From positions 32,001-96,000 of IMG/VR virus record IMGVR_UViG_3300006316_000001: 64,000 nt of DNA; one strand, given 5' to 3'. The stretch is from a virus. Every line of letters begins with the position of its first letter. The stretch's first letter is position 1. Under the pieces are notes generated by a model. It did not search any database. It saw only the letters and a list, made by a program, of their open reading frames with translations, and had not been told where the DNA came from. The translations under genes were made by a program, and so were the position numbers. This document shows, piece after piece, positions 1-9,588 of this stretch.

Positions 1-14
1 ACCCTATAACATCC

Positions 15-43
15 ATTATACTCTTATTTTACGAGAAGTAAAG
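15..43 (-). promoter_or_regulatory. Early sigma70-type promoter (CTTTAC-N17-TATAAT)
   Basis: Minus strand reads CTTTAC(43-38)-17 nt-TATAAT(20-15); the same motif recurs nine times in the window upstream of leftward genes. Confidence 0.85.
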
Positions 44-65
44 CGTTTTAGTTAAGTTTTAATGC

Positions 66-93
66 AAAAAGAGTTCCCTCCTTGGAACTCTTT
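66..93 (-). terminator. Rho-independent terminator
   Basis: Inverted repeat AAGAGTTCC/GGAACTCTT with an A-tract on + (U-tract on -), directly after the stop of 92..379. Confidence 0.7.
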
Positions 94-379
94 ATTTCCT
101 CTCTCGATAACCCATATTAATGAGGTTTGACAAGACGAGGTTATATTTACTCACTAGCACTATTTCCCACGCACCTTTGTGTTTAGCCCAAGGCTTTTCA
201 CCACGTTTATGGAGTAGAACGAAACCGTGAAACTGTGAATTAGATAATCTGAATTCACCATTCAGATCATCGTCTTCTTGTTCTGTTATTTCGAATGTGT
301 AGCTCCCGTCAGTATAACATCCGACATTAGTTACGGTAATGTCCAGCAACTCCTGTACAGAATCTAATAGTCTCTTCAT
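92..379 (-). CDS. Hypothetical early protein
   Basis: ORF in leftward early array followed by a terminator. Confidence 0.6.
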   Translation of the reverse strand: MKRLLDSVQELLDITVTNVGCYTDGSYTFEITEQEDDDLNGEFRLSNSQFHGFVLLHKRGEKPWAKHKGAWEIVLVSKYNLVLSNLINMGYRERK

Positions 380-484
380 AAATCACCCTGATTCAAGTTC
401 AAACATAAGTTCGTTGTATTCATCAAGTGTTATTTGTCCATTTTCGTATGCGTATTCTAACATTGACTGTGACATAAATAACCC

Positions 485-1075
485 CTAGAATGAGTATTGT
501 ACACCCAGTGACGCAGAGAAGTCAGAGTTCTCAACAACACCGTAATCGAACACGTCATATCCGATAGAGCCGTAAATGTCAATCCCTTCCCAACCAGTTG
601 TGCCACCAAGCTGAACTGAGTAGTATTTCACATCAACGTCACCCACGCTTTCTGATGTGTCATTGACTGTTGTACTCTCTTTACCTTGAGCGTCAATGGT
701 TGTGATAGTTTGTGAACGTGATAATGTGACATCACCAGTTCCAAAACCGTATTCGCCTTTGATGAACGTTTGAACGCCAGAAAGGTCGAATAGATCGTAT
801 GTGATGCCGAATGTGTAGATTTTGTTTTCTGCATCTTTACTATCATGGTAATATTCATCATACGTCTCGGTCTTTTTGACGCGAGTGAATTCCTTTTCTA
901 GATTGGATTCACCAGTCATGTAACCAAATGAGAATGACACATCATCAATCTTTTGGCCAACCGAGAAGTGGGTGAAGCTATCGCCAGTCGCTTTGAATTC
1001 AGCGCGAACGAATGTCTCTGCGTTTACTGAAAGTGATGCTGATGCTATAAGTGTTGCTAAAATTAGTCGTTTCAT
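485..1075 (-). CDS. Outer-membrane beta-barrel protein (OmpX/Lom-like small barrel)
   Basis: Signal peptide MKRLILATLIASASLSVNA, amphipathic beta-strands, C-terminal beta-signal LGVQYSF; first gene behind promoter at 1138-1166. Confidence 0.75.
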   Translation of the reverse strand: MKRLILATLIASASLSVNAETFVRAEFKATGDSFTHFSVGQKIDDVSFSFGYMTGESNLEKEFTRVKKTETYDEYYHDSKDAENKIYTFGITYDLFDLSGVQTFIKGEYGFGTGDVTLSRSQTITTIDAQGKESTTVNDTSESVGDVDVKYYSVQLGGTTGWEGIDIYGSIGYDVFDYGVVENSDFSASLGVQYSF

Positions 1076-1096
1076 AATATTTTTCCTATTTTAAAG

Positions 1097-1166
1097 AGGG
1101 AAGTCTGTTACCATTAACGCTTTACCCTATAAGACACATTATACTCTTTTTATTGGAAAAGTAAAG
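1097..1166 (-). promoter_or_regulatory. Early promoter plus 5' leader hairpin (long class)
   Basis: CTTTAC(1166-1161)-N17-TATAAT(1143-1138), then AUAGGG-UA-AAG-C-GUUA-AUGG-UAAC-AGA-CUU-CCCU. Confidence 0.85.
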
Positions 1167-1190
1167 CGTTTTTAGTAACTTTTTAAAAAT

Positions 1191-1219
1191 AAAAAAAGGC
1201 TCCCCGAAGGAAGCCTTTT
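1191..1219 (-). terminator. Rho-independent terminator
   Basis: AAAAAAAGGCT..CC-CGAA-GG..AGCCTTTTT stem flanked by A/T tracts. Confidence 0.75.
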
Positions 1220-1228
1220 AATGTGGTT

Positions 1229-1432
1229 TTAGAATTGCCTGAAGAACCAACCGATTAATGCAAGAACTGCACAAATTGATAGCGCAATACCTATCACAAC
1301 CACGGAAAATACTATGAAGCATATGTAAGAGATAAGCATCACGGCAAACTCAGCCCATCGGCAAATTGTTGATGCTATCCAAAGAATTGTTGCTGCTAAC
1401 CATTCAATACAATCAAGTGATTTACTTAGCAT
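1229..1432 (-). CDS. Small membrane protein
   Basis: Almost entirely hydrophobic 67-aa ORF coupled to upstream gene. Confidence 0.5.
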   Translation of the reverse strand: MLSKSLDCIEWLAATILWIASTICRWAEFAVMLISYICFIVFSVVVIGIALSICAVLALIGWFFRQF

Positions 1433-1950
1433 GGTATACCCTCACACAAGTCAGGTTTTCTATTACATACACGATAAAGCGGTTTCTTTATGCGCTGCCC
1501 TTTGATCTTAACGTCAGCGCCTTTATAGCCAACGCGAGTCAATTGGCGCTTGACACCAGTCAACTCATTAATGTATGGGCTATTGATTCCGCGATTGTAA
1601 AGAGAAATCAACTTTTCCAATTTGAAATATTCGCAACGGCTATTCATGACATGGAATCGCCCATTATCATTCGGCCATGTTGTCAAATAAAGACCTATGC
1701 TGTTAGCAAAAGCATTGAGTTTGTGCCAATGCTTTATGTCTATTCTCAATTTATGTTTTTGCTCAAATGTTTGTTTGCTCATTTCTGATACTCCTTCCAA
1801 ACTAGCCGTGTATGTCACGGTTCCCTTAATGGTATGTGACGTTATACGTGGCTCTTGGTTGGTGGGCGCTGGATGTATTTGTTTACCATCTATTGTCAAA
1901 GTACACACATCCGTGATTGTCACACCATTCACTTCTATTTCTATGCTCAT
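1426..1950 (-). CDS. Hypothetical early protein
   Basis: ATGA-coupled ORF in leftward array. Confidence 0.55.
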   Translation of the reverse strand: MSIEIEVNGVTITDVCTLTIDGKQIHPAPTNQEPRITSHTIKGTVTYTASLEGVSEMSKQTFEQKHKLRIDIKHWHKLNAFANSIGLYLTTWPNDNGRFHVMNSRCEYFKLEKLISLYNRGINSPYINELTGVKRQLTRVGYKGADVKIKGQRIKKPLYRVCNRKPDLCEGIPC

Positions 1951-2252
1951 GATATTGGCCTATATGCTATTTCCGATTGTCTGATATCTTCCTTTTCCCA
2001 GTCATCCGGACAACGCACCAGTAACCCGTCCCGAATGCAATGATCGTTAATTCTCCACACATCATTGTGTAGTGAACCCCTAATCTCGATGTACCGCTTA
2101 CCTTCGATAGCAACTATTGGAGGGGTGTGCTCCCCAAAATGGATATAAGTATCGTCATGGTCATCACGACCATTCAGAATTTCATCTTCACCAATAACGC
2201 ACGCCTCTAGAGCCATTTCGCCACTCAAAGTATTTCTTGGATCAATCATCAC
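1947..2252 (-). CDS. Hypothetical early protein
   Basis: Tightly packed ORF in leftward array. Confidence 0.55.
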   Translation of the reverse strand: MMIDPRNTLSGEMALEACVIGEDEILNGRDDHDDTYIHFGEHTPPIVAIEGKRYIEIRGSLHNDVWRINDHCIRDGLLVRCPDDWEKEDIRQSEIAYRPIS

Positions 2253-2255
2253 ATT

Positions 2256-2549
2256 CTACCCGAAAAGAGGACTAATGCTACTCTCAGCCAATTCCACATA
2301 CACATCACCGTGGCATGGTTTAGGCTTACAGAAACATCCTAGTCGTTTGCCTTGAAGAGAGTTGACCCGATCCCTGAATTCAGGGTCGGTATTATACCGA
2401 TGTATCGCGTACTCTCTATGTTTAGCGATAGACTGGGTTCTACCCAGCCCACCGAATGGATTACCGAAGTAGCCATCGCAACCATGCCCAGCCCTTCCGA
2501 TGTATACATCATATTCGTCAGTCTTGAGATTCACTACTGTTGTTTGCAT
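2256..2549 (-). CDS. DUF4326 domain protein
   Basis: Motifs YDVYIGR..GYFGNPF and LQGKRLGCFCKPKPCHGDV characteristic of DUF4326. Confidence 0.85.
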   Translation of the reverse strand: MQTTVVNLKTDEYDVYIGRAGHGCDGYFGNPFGGLGRTQSIAKHREYAIHRYNTDPEFRDRVNSLQGKRLGCFCKPKPCHGDVYVELAESSISPLFG

Positions 2550-3153
2550 GATGTACCGTTCCTGATATAGTTCCGTCTTCTTCGACCAAATAATTAGTCA
2601 GTGACGTTGTGTATGGTGAGGTAGCAAAGGCTTCAACCCAAGCATCGAGGTTCTTTTGTTGATCGTCATAACAAATAACCTCTTCAGGCTTGAATTCATG
2701 GCGCATATAGTCGACTTTACTTAGACGCCATTGCTTATGACACTCATGGATAATTCGCTTGACATCATCAGGATTATCGATATTTGCCGTTAATGACTGC
2801 TCAGCTCGAATATATGCTTTGTTTCTGAAACAAAAATGATCAATTCGATGAACGTCAACTCCAAATTCAACTAACTGTTTCATAGTCATCATCTGATAAA
2901 TTGAATCATCAGGACGAGCAGAACATAACACAACTGTTGAGTTAGGATCAGCTATAGCTTCTTTCATTCGCTCGACCACAGTCTCAACCGCTGGTTGTTT
3001 GGACATGGTAGAAATGAATGTGTCCCAATTGAAGCCTTCACCAACCCAAGGGTGGTCATAATTATGCACCAGTGTACCATCAAAATCAAAAATGTGTAGC
3101 TTCTGCTTTACTTTATCATTCACATTCATCAAGTTTTTCCTTTTCTTCAACAA
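2518..3153 (-). CDS. HAD-superfamily phosphatase (PNKP/RNA-repair-like); start may be about 3129
   Basis: HAD motif I IFDFDGTL, motif II LCSAR, motif IV CYDDQ. Confidence 0.75.
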   Translation of the reverse strand: MLKKRKNLMNVNDKVKQKLHIFDFDGTLVHNYDHPWVGEGFNWDTFISTMSKQPAVETVVERMKEAIADPNSTVVLCSARPDDSIYQMMTMKQLVEFGVDVHRIDHFCFRNKAYIRAEQSLTANIDNPDDVKRIIHECHKQWRLSKVDYMRHEFKPEEVICYDDQQKNLDAWVEAFATSPYTTSLTNYLVEEDGTISGTVHHANNSSESQD

Positions 3154-3242
3154 TTACAGTTTCGTGACACTTAGGGCAATCTACAAGATCACCATCTTTA
3201 GAATCTTCAGGCATATCCCAACAGATCCAACAACTATGGCAT

Positions 3243-3494
3243 TTAGCCTTCATCATCATTCTCCATGTAATCCACAAATGATCTATAAATGTACAGAAGA
3301 AATGCAGGTAACCACATAAGGGCAATCATACCACACATCTTGTGGGTGCCAATGTAGTTGATTGGGAATTTGTGATCAAGTTTACCCGTTCTCATGTATG
3401 TTATGAAATCAGGAATGACGATAATCAAGTAGGCGATTACAACTGTAACCAAGTAAATGCCCAAACCGATAAAAATGTTATTTAGGTAATTCAT
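3243..3494 (-). CDS. Small two-TM membrane protein
   Basis: Two hydrophobic segments; coupled to neighbours. Confidence 0.5.
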   Translation of the reverse strand: MNYLNNIFIGLGIYLVTVVIAYLIIVIPDFITYMRTGKLDHKFPINYIGTHKMCGMIALMWLPAFLLYIYRSFVDYMENDDEG

Positions 3495-3681
3495 GTTTTC
3501 TCTCCACTGCTACGAAACCGCCCTTTCCGTGAACAAGCTTAATGCCAGCCATTTCGAAGTAAGATGCACAAGTTTCAACTTCACCTTCAACCATACTGCC
3601 CGCATCACCACAATCATTCAACTGTGATAGTGATGAGTATAGTATCACCAATGTCTTTTCTGCTTCTGTTAGATATATCAT
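3478..3681 (-). CDS. Hypothetical early protein
   Basis: ATGA-coupled ORF. Confidence 0.5.
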   Translation of the reverse strand: MIYLTEAEKTLVILYSSLSQLNDCGDAGSMVEGEVETCASYFEMAGIKLVHGKGGFVAVERKHELPK

Positions 3682-3899
3682 TTCAACCCCTTAATCCATG
3701 CGATAGATTTGTTACGAGATCTTGAAATACTGAAGTGGGCAATGTTAGCATCGCGCCAGATGTAGATGCTATAGAATACTTCATTTTTGCGTGTGATTGT
3801 AACATCCATGGATAATTCAACATCATTACCCAACACTTTCTTAGCAACTTTTGAAAGATAAAGCTTTCGCTTCATCACCGAAATTAAAATATTGTCCAT
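3678..3899 (-). CDS. Hypothetical early protein
   Basis: AGGA SD; coupled ORF. Confidence 0.5.
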   Translation of the reverse strand: MDNILISVMKRKLYLSKVAKKVLGNDVELSMDVTITRKNEVFYSIYIWRDANIAHFSISRSRNKSIAWIKGLK

Positions 3900-3908
3900 A
3901 AGATTATC

Positions 3909-4229
3909 CTAGTTTATTTCTTCGACAAATGCCCATGCGGCATGATAAACTGAAGCACCTTTATCATCTCGCATACACACTGTATCCACAGGAGCGACAA
4001 CACGGTAAAGAACAGGTTCGCCACCAACGGAACGGGCAGCACGTCCTGCGTATATCTCAGCCAAACCTTTGTCCGCAGTGAAGAAGACTCTATCAAGGTT
4101 CTTCTTACGACCTTGCTCAGACAACACACCACTACACTCAGGCGGAAGAAGCATAGATTCTATACCAGCAGCCGAGCAACTACCGTGGTAGTATGTGGTT
4201 GTTTGGCGTTTACAATCTACTGTTATCAT
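3909..4229 (-). CDS. Arr-like (His-type) ADP-ribosyltransferase fold protein
   Basis: YYHGS ... LLPP ... RVFFT.D...AEIYA ... GGEPVLYRV matches motif order of the rifampin ADP-ribosyltransferase (Arr) family; first gene behind promoter at 4291-4319. Confidence 0.6.
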   Translation of the reverse strand: MITVDCKRQTTTYYHGSCSAAGIESMLLPPECSGVLSEQGRKKNLDRVFFTADKGLAEIYAGRAARSVGGEPVLYRVVAPVDTVCMRDDKGASVYHAAWAFVEEIN

Positions 4230-4260
4230 TACTGTTACCCTCGTTTTAGAACCTTTGTTA

Positions 4261-4319
4261 AGGGGTTAACCGCTAACCCCTATAACAATCATTATACTCT
4301 TATTTTACGAGAAGTAAAG
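4261..4319 (-). promoter_or_regulatory. Early promoter plus 5' leader hairpin (short class)
   Basis: CTTTAC(4319-4314)-N17-TATAAT(4296-4291), then AUAGGGG-UUAG-CGG-UUAA-CCCCU. Confidence 0.85.
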
Positions 4320-4800
4320 CTTTTTGTTTAAGTTTTTTATGCTTAGTAATCAAGCCCTTAATACGTTTTAATAAGTTCTTCTGGTCTTTGATACATTCCA
4401 AATTGAACTCAGTTTCTTCTGGATCATCGGCTTCATCTTCCAACCATTGCTTGTACCGTTCCAACGAAAGTTCACCATCATACAGTGCATATTTCAACGC
4501 ATTCAGTTTGGTGGTGTAGAACCCTTCAGGTAGGCGTTCAGCCTCGAGTCGAAACTGCATTTTGTACATCTGTCTGATGCCACCATACCACTTTCCTGCT
4601 TTGCTATCGAACGTTTCATCATTCTTGACAGCTATGTTGACACGCTTACTGAAATCAACACGAGTACGCCAATTGGGTATTCTAGGAAGTTGTATAGTCC
4701 GAACATGCCACTCATCAACGTGTATCTTTCTGTCACCACACACCATGACTTTGTACAGAACTTTACCCACAAAGAGTTTGGGAGTCTTTTGACGCTTCAT
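4300..4800 (-). CDS. Hypothetical early protein
   Basis: 166-aa ORF with TAATG coupling to the upstream gene. Confidence 0.6.
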   Translation of the reverse strand: MKRQKTPKLFVGKVLYKVMVCGDRKIHVDEWHVRTIQLPRIPNWRTRVDFSKRVNIAVKNDETFDSKAGKWYGGIRQMYKMQFRLEAERLPEGFYTTKLNALKYALYDGELSLERYKQWLEDEADDPEETEFNLECIKDQKNLLKRIKGLITKHKKLKQKALLLVK

Positions 4801-5213
4801 TAAACTATACCTCCGAACATATTCAATGTTCTTTCAAAATGGAATTCTTCAACCAATTCACCTAGAGCGCGAGCCTGATTGATGCTATCGCGACTGGGTT
4901 TGGCAAACATGTCTGTTAGGACTGTGTCTTTAGGTAGAGACAATAGAACATCAACCAAATTGGGGTTCTGAAGGAGGTATTGACGCCAAAGTTCCTTATA
5001 GAGTTGCCATTGCCGTTCTACGGTCATCTCATTGATAGGTGGTTTACCTTTGCCCTCTTTTATGGAACCATACCCTTTGATTGTGCATTGATACCAAGCT
5101 TCGATACATTGACCTCGACCATCAATACACACCCAAGCGTAAAATGCAGAGAATCTTCTATCACCGTAAGAAGAGCATTCATAACCATTAATGTGTTCAA
5201 CCGCCCATCTCAT
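4800..5213 (-). CDS. NADAR-superfamily-like protein (T4 gp30.3-like)
   Basis: ECSS..RFSAFYA, IEAWYQC.IK, WQLYKELW..Y..QNP.L...L, VLTD echo phage NADAR motifs (LSNF, E..FQ..K, QN....L). Confidence 0.5.
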   Translation of the reverse strand: MRWAVEHINGYECSSYGDRRFSAFYAWVCIDGRGQCIEAWYQCTIKGYGSIKEGKGKPPINEMTVERQWQLYKELWRQYLLQNPNLVDVLLSLPKDTVLTDMFAKPSRDSINQARALGELVEEFHFERTLNMFGGIV

Positions 5214-5553
5214 TTTCCATCCCTCTTAATATGTCGAATGTGATATTGGTGAGTTCAATATTACTATTTATCCATTCATAAATACTCTCATCGGTCATAC
5301 CATTCATGGCAGTTTGCATATCAATCGGAAATAAATCGAAAGGTATTGTCCAAGTGCGTTGTAGTGTGCCAATGTTTATGGAACGTTGTGTATACAAATC
5401 AAGCACTTTAGTGTTTGAGTCAACCAATGCGACCCTGATGGCGGCAACATGAAGGAATAGATCTGTTGCATAATTAATTTCTATTGTTTTGGTGTGTAAC
5501 ACCGTTTTATTGAAGCGTATCATTATTGTTCTCCCACGATTGATATACCACAA
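5197..5553 (-). CDS. Hypothetical early protein (start may be about 5526)
   Basis: ORF in tightly packed array. Confidence 0.5.
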   Translation of the reverse strand: MWYINRGRTIMIRFNKTVLHTKTIEINYATDLFLHVAAIRVALVDSNTKVLDLYTQRSINIGTLQRTWTIPFDLFPIDMQTAMNGMTDESIYEWINSNIELTNITFDILRGMENEMGG

Positions 5554-5914
5554 TCACAAAAAGTATCACCACACTCGAAACATAACTCTTCAGACATTTC
5601 CAACGCGGCAAAGGCCACGACAGCATCAGAAACGTCATCACCTAACATATCCGATGCAATATTTAAATGGTTCAAGTCCATATCAATCACCTGTATCAAC
5701 TGAAACAATGAAGCACCAATGGGTTTCCAATATCGAAGTCTTATGAGTGATGCGATCCTCTAAAGCCTTCATGGTCAGGATGGTGTAGCTATCGAATAGA
5801 TAACCATCACAAAACCCTTCCATGTATTCGACGGAACGAAATTCACGCTTCAGAAGTTTATCAACATCTTCACGCTTCCCTGATGTCTTTCTCGAGTCCA
5901 CCATTATCGCAAAA

Positions 5915-6133
5915 TTAGCCATTTCTAATACCTCTTCTAATTTCTGATGCGCAAGTACCACACTTTGCTCGTTTAGGTTCTGGTGCAGTTTCATTCTTAG
6001 CCAATTCACTCGGGACATAACGGTACTCTTCATGTCCACATTCTAGAGTTAGTTCCCACCACCAAGAGCGTGTACTACGAACAAAACCAGTGCACCCACA
6101 ACATAGGGATGCCTCAACCACTTTACGCATCAT
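5915..6133 (-). CDS. Small Cys/His zinc-ribbon-like protein
   Basis: LTLECGH ... KCGTC motif. Confidence 0.5.
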   Translation of the reverse strand: MMRKVVEASLCCGCTGFVRSTRSWWWELTLECGHEEYRYVPSELAKNETAPEPKRAKCGTCASEIRRGIRNG

Positions 6134-6353
6134 CTTGAATATCCTCCAATCGAGTTATCTTATGGAAGTCTGTCTCCACCGACTGGCCAACTTCTAGTGT
6201 TAGTACGTGCCCATTCCAGAACCATCGATCATCCATGGTAGATCCCTTTACGGTTTTCTCTGATGTCAACCATGTCGGTGCATCATTCTCAGTGAATGTT
6301 TTCGCCTCAGAATCTTCCGGCCAGAATAGTGACACCATTTTGAAGCGCATCAT
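6123..6353 (-). CDS. Hypothetical early protein
   Basis: ATGA-coupled ORF. Confidence 0.5.
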   Translation of the reverse strand: MMRFKMVSLFWPEDSEAKTFTENDAPTWLTSEKTVKGSTMDDRWFWNGHVLTLEVGQSVETDFHKITRLEDIQDDA

Positions 6354-6610
6354 AGTAGAGTCCTCACAAGAACCTCAATGAATGCTGTTTTGCCCCAATA
6401 ACCATGATAGTCACCGTTATGGAACACTGCAGGACGATTCCAACGATTCAGAGTTTTCCAGATACCATTACCTATTGGGCTGTTGGTCTCCACAATCTCC
6501 TTCACATTCCAGATTTCACCCACTCTTTCTTCCATGACGATGCGAAGCTTTCCTGAGCCATTACCGCTTAGGGTGATTCTGCGCTTCCATTTGTATTCAT
6601 TAACTACCAT
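6350..6610 (-). CDS. Hypothetical early protein
   Basis: AGGAG SD upstream. Confidence 0.55.
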   Translation of the reverse strand: MVVNEYKWKRRITLSGNGSGKLRIVMEERVGEIWNVKEIVETNSPIGNGIWKTLNRWNRPAVFHNGDYHGYWGKTAFIEVLVRTLL

Positions 6611-6700
6611 GATATGCTCCTAAGATAAATGATATTGTGACCACAACGACAACAATTGCGGGAACGAATAAATGCCAAATTGGTTGTTTGCTATTGAACA

Positions 6701-6919
6701 TTAGTCCTCCTCATGTCCTAAAGCGTGATATATGCCCACCATTATCCAAAATATGAGCCAAATACAAGTGGAAACGAGAAATGATGAGATTATCATATCA
6801 GTCTGAGAGATCACCACCTCAGAATCGATTATCTTTGCATCCCATAACCACCAGAAAACTGCGGTATATTCTAACCAAAGAAATATAGCAGCCAAAAATG
6901 TCTTTTGCTTTTTATTCAT
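6701..6919 (-). CDS. Small two-TM membrane protein
   Basis: AGGAG SD; two hydrophobic helices. Confidence 0.55.
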   Translation of the reverse strand: MNKKQKTFLAAIFLWLEYTAVFWWLWDAKIIDSEVVISQTDMIISSFLVSTCIWLIFWIMVGIYHALGHEED

Positions 6920-7140
6920 GATAGCTCCTAATAACCACGCTTCTTCTTTTTGGCGAGTATTTTGGACTTGACGCGACGTTCGTATTCAGAATTGCCTGAT
7001 GTGCGCAATAAAAAGTCTTCATAACTCTCACCACGCTTACTCAGGTCAGCGCCAGCAGGTTTGTTGAATCTTCCTGTATAACCCATTCTATGATTTCCCC
7101 TTCTTCATAATTAAACACCTAGTTCTTTATCACAACAACC

Positions 7141-7169
7141 ATTATACTCTCTTTATTCAAAAAGTAAAG
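7141..7169 (-). promoter_or_regulatory. Early sigma70-type promoter
   Basis: CTTTAC(7169-7164)-N17-TATAAT(7146-7141). Confidence 0.8.
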
Positions 7170-7200
7170 CACTTTTTATGTGTATCTTTTCTATGTGTGT

Positions 7201-7234
7201 AAAAAAGGGCGATTGCCTAAACAATCACCCTTTG
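7201..7234 (-). terminator. Rho-independent terminator
   Basis: AAAAAGGG.GATTG / CAATC.CCCTTT stem just after 7237..7431. Confidence 0.65.
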
Positions 7235-7236
7235 CA

Positions 7237-7431
7237 TTACATTGTGGACAGTAGATCTTTTGTATATTGGAAAGTGTTGGAGAATTCAGAATACCAATCA
7301 CATACATTCATTGTTAGGTATGCCACCATCAATCCTATAAATATACCAATAAACCATGCCGTTAATGCCAAACCGAGGATCACAATCCCCGTACCAACAA
7401 CACATGCAACCGTCTTCAGACCTTTGTGCAT
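7237..7431 (-). CDS. Small membrane protein
   Basis: Long hydrophobic stretch, AAGGA SD. Confidence 0.5.
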   Translation of the reverse strand: MHKGLKTVACVVGTGIVILGLALTAWFIGIFIGLMVAYLTMNVCDWYSEFSNTFQYTKDLLSTM

Positions 7432-8130
7432 ACTGATTCCTTACCAATAATCATTGGGGTCAATCATAATTATCATCATATTAATACCATTCTATTACTG
7501 TTAATGAAAGTTAATTTTACACCATTTACACCTCCTACCGCTACAACATGACATGTCTAATCATAACGGTAGGCATATGTATTATAAAGTATAAATACCC
7601 ATATGGATATAAAATAGATTTAATATAAATTGCACATCGCTCCAAGCCTACCGTCCATCATTATTCATGTCAATCACTCACTATTTCATTGCATGATTCA
7701 GCACAAAATGGTGAACCGCAATATTGACAACCTTCCTCTGGCCAATCTTCTTCCATAGTATTCCCCGATATTTCATTTAGTCCAATAACAAACAATATCC
7801 AACCGATCACCACCATCAATGCTAATGACGGTGCCAATAAATCCCAAGGATCATGCCCTTCTATTTCCAACCAAAGTGCAGTAGCAGCGCACATAGAAAT
7901 GAAAATAATTGAGATTCGCATAACCAGCTTATTATTGACCATAGTTTCCTCTTTATTTGTATTTATTAAACAAAAACAACATCCATTCAACCAAAACCAA
8001 TGCTGTGATTGTTGCAGCGCCCATCATGATTGTAATTTCCTTAGGATCGTGCCCCTCTGCGTAGTAACCTAAGAAAGTGAATACATACACAGGAATGGCG
8101 ACTAGTAAGAACAACATCGCATTCTTCATA

Positions 8131-8529
8131 TCAACCACCACCAATTTTGACAATTTTCGACTCACTTAGGGTTTCAGTGAGATCGCCATCAGAGATGCAT
8201 TGGAATACTTCATCCTTCGACACAGCCGAATGTATCTTCGATGGGTTGCCATTGTAGAACGAATCGTAGAAGAACAAATTCTCACTATCCTCCACTAGAA
8301 TGCCATACTCAGGACAGTCCACTTCAGGAAAATAATCTGGTTTGTTGCTTATGAAGAATGAGACCTTTCCTGTGCTGAAGTATGTCTTATAACCTTGCCA
8401 TTCGCAACATTCAGAACATGCAGCATCATTGGCAAATTCATCCCATTTGAGAGTACCAATACTCTGACATTTGCGGCATTTCTTATGAGAAACGTCTACT
8501 GATAGATTACCCGCTGATGTAAGCTTCAT
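8131..8529 (-). CDS. Zinc-ribbon containing early protein
   Basis: CxxC..CxxC pair (CRKC, CSEC); GGAGG SD. Confidence 0.6.
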   Translation of the reverse strand: MKLTSAGNLSVDVSHKKCRKCQSIGTLKWDEFANDAACSECCEWQGYKTYFSTGKVSFFISNKPDYFPEVDCPEYGILVEDSENLFFYDSFYNGNPSKIHSAVSKDEVFQCISDGDLTETLSESKIVKIGGG

Positions 8530-8659
8530 ATTCCCTCCTTACATAGAGAATAGTGATGGTGCTTCGCTAAGAACTGTGAATATAGCTATGACGATCAATA
8601 TGTCAACTATATCTATCTTTCTCATGCTATGCATCCCATGTGTTAATTAGTACCATGGT

Positions 8660-9109
8660 TCACCTCTTTAATTCGAAGTCACCAGATTCATACATAGCAG
8701 AAGCAATGCACGCAAACGACCATTCACCTTCGCTACTGATATCTTCGGCAATCGCTTCTACCCTCTTAATGAATTTCTCACGTTCCGGAGATACACCATT
8801 GATTTCTTTCTGGTGGAATTTACCAGTCTGCTTATCTAGATAGAAATTGATGGTAATTCCTTGAATAGACAGAGTGTTCGTTTTATAACAATAATGGTTC
8901 TGTCTAGAGATTCCATTGACTAAAGTCCAAATCTCGGCACAGTTAGGTGTGTGTGGCCAGAACATTATTTGATGGTCTACTGAACCAACAGCACCACATG
9001 CTGTGCAAGAGAACGCTGACAATAGACCTTTCTGGCCAGTTCCATTACACGTCTCACATTTAACAAGCAGTCTTGTATCGACTACCTTTCCAACTCTTGG
9101 CCTATTCAT
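8660..9109 (-). CDS. Protein with DnaJ-type zinc-finger repeats
   Basis: CETCNGTG and CTACGAVG motifs. Confidence 0.6.
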   Translation of the reverse strand: MNRPRVGKVVDTRLLVKCETCNGTGQKGLLSAFSCTACGAVGSVDHQIMFWPHTPNCAEIWTLVNGISRQNHYCYKTNTLSIQGITINFYLDKQTGKFHQKEINGVSPEREKFIKRVEAIAEDISSEGEWSFACIASAMYESGDFELKR

Positions 9110-9426
9110 TGTTTATCTCCTATCATTAGGTTGTACCATAATTGTGCCCTTTGTGTAAGCTCTACACATATGACACATTCAGCAATGTCGGCAATCTTAC
9201 CATCATCATCTAGCTTAATCGCCTCTAGACCATCAATAAGATCTTGAGCGATAGACATCTGGGAAAGCTTCCAATTCGGATCTACCTCTGCCTCAGATAT
9301 CACCATTCGCAATTCTTTTATTGCCTGAACCAATGAGGCTATAACCTCGAATCCTTGCTTATTGTTGTCTGTTTCCATTACATTCTCTCCACGATCACTG
9401 ATACAATGAATGCTATCACGATACAA
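9106..9426 (-). CDS. Hypothetical early protein (start probably about 9378)
   Basis: GGAG SD before METDNN. Confidence 0.5.
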   Translation of the reverse strand: MYRDSIHCISDRGENVMETDNNKQGFEVIASLVQAIKELRMVISEAEVDPNWKLSQMSIAQDLIDGLEAIKLDDDGKIADIAECVICVELTQRAQLWYNLMIGDKQ

Positions 9427-9548
9427 CCAACAACACCCTTTACACCAAGCAGTTCAACACCACCAGCCAAGACAAGTAGACCACCAGCAACAATGACAAC
9501 ACAGCACCATATGATCATTTGAATTATTGTCATAACTGATTCTCCTTA

Positions 9549-9588
9549 CGATCAGGAACCATTCCCAATCCTTAGAACCATTATACTC
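9549..9588 (-). promoter_or_regulatory. Variant early promoter (-10 only) with 5' leader hairpin
   Basis: GAGTATAAT at 9588-9580 without CTTTAC; transcript would begin GAUUGGGAA-UGG-UUCCUGAUC. Confidence 0.5.

Noticed and set aside
4261-4283. N4-type single-stranded DNA hairpin promoters
   Set aside because: Hairpins lie downstream of consensus sigma70 -10 boxes, rely on G-U pairs on the transcript strand and lack GNA loops; no virion RNAP is present
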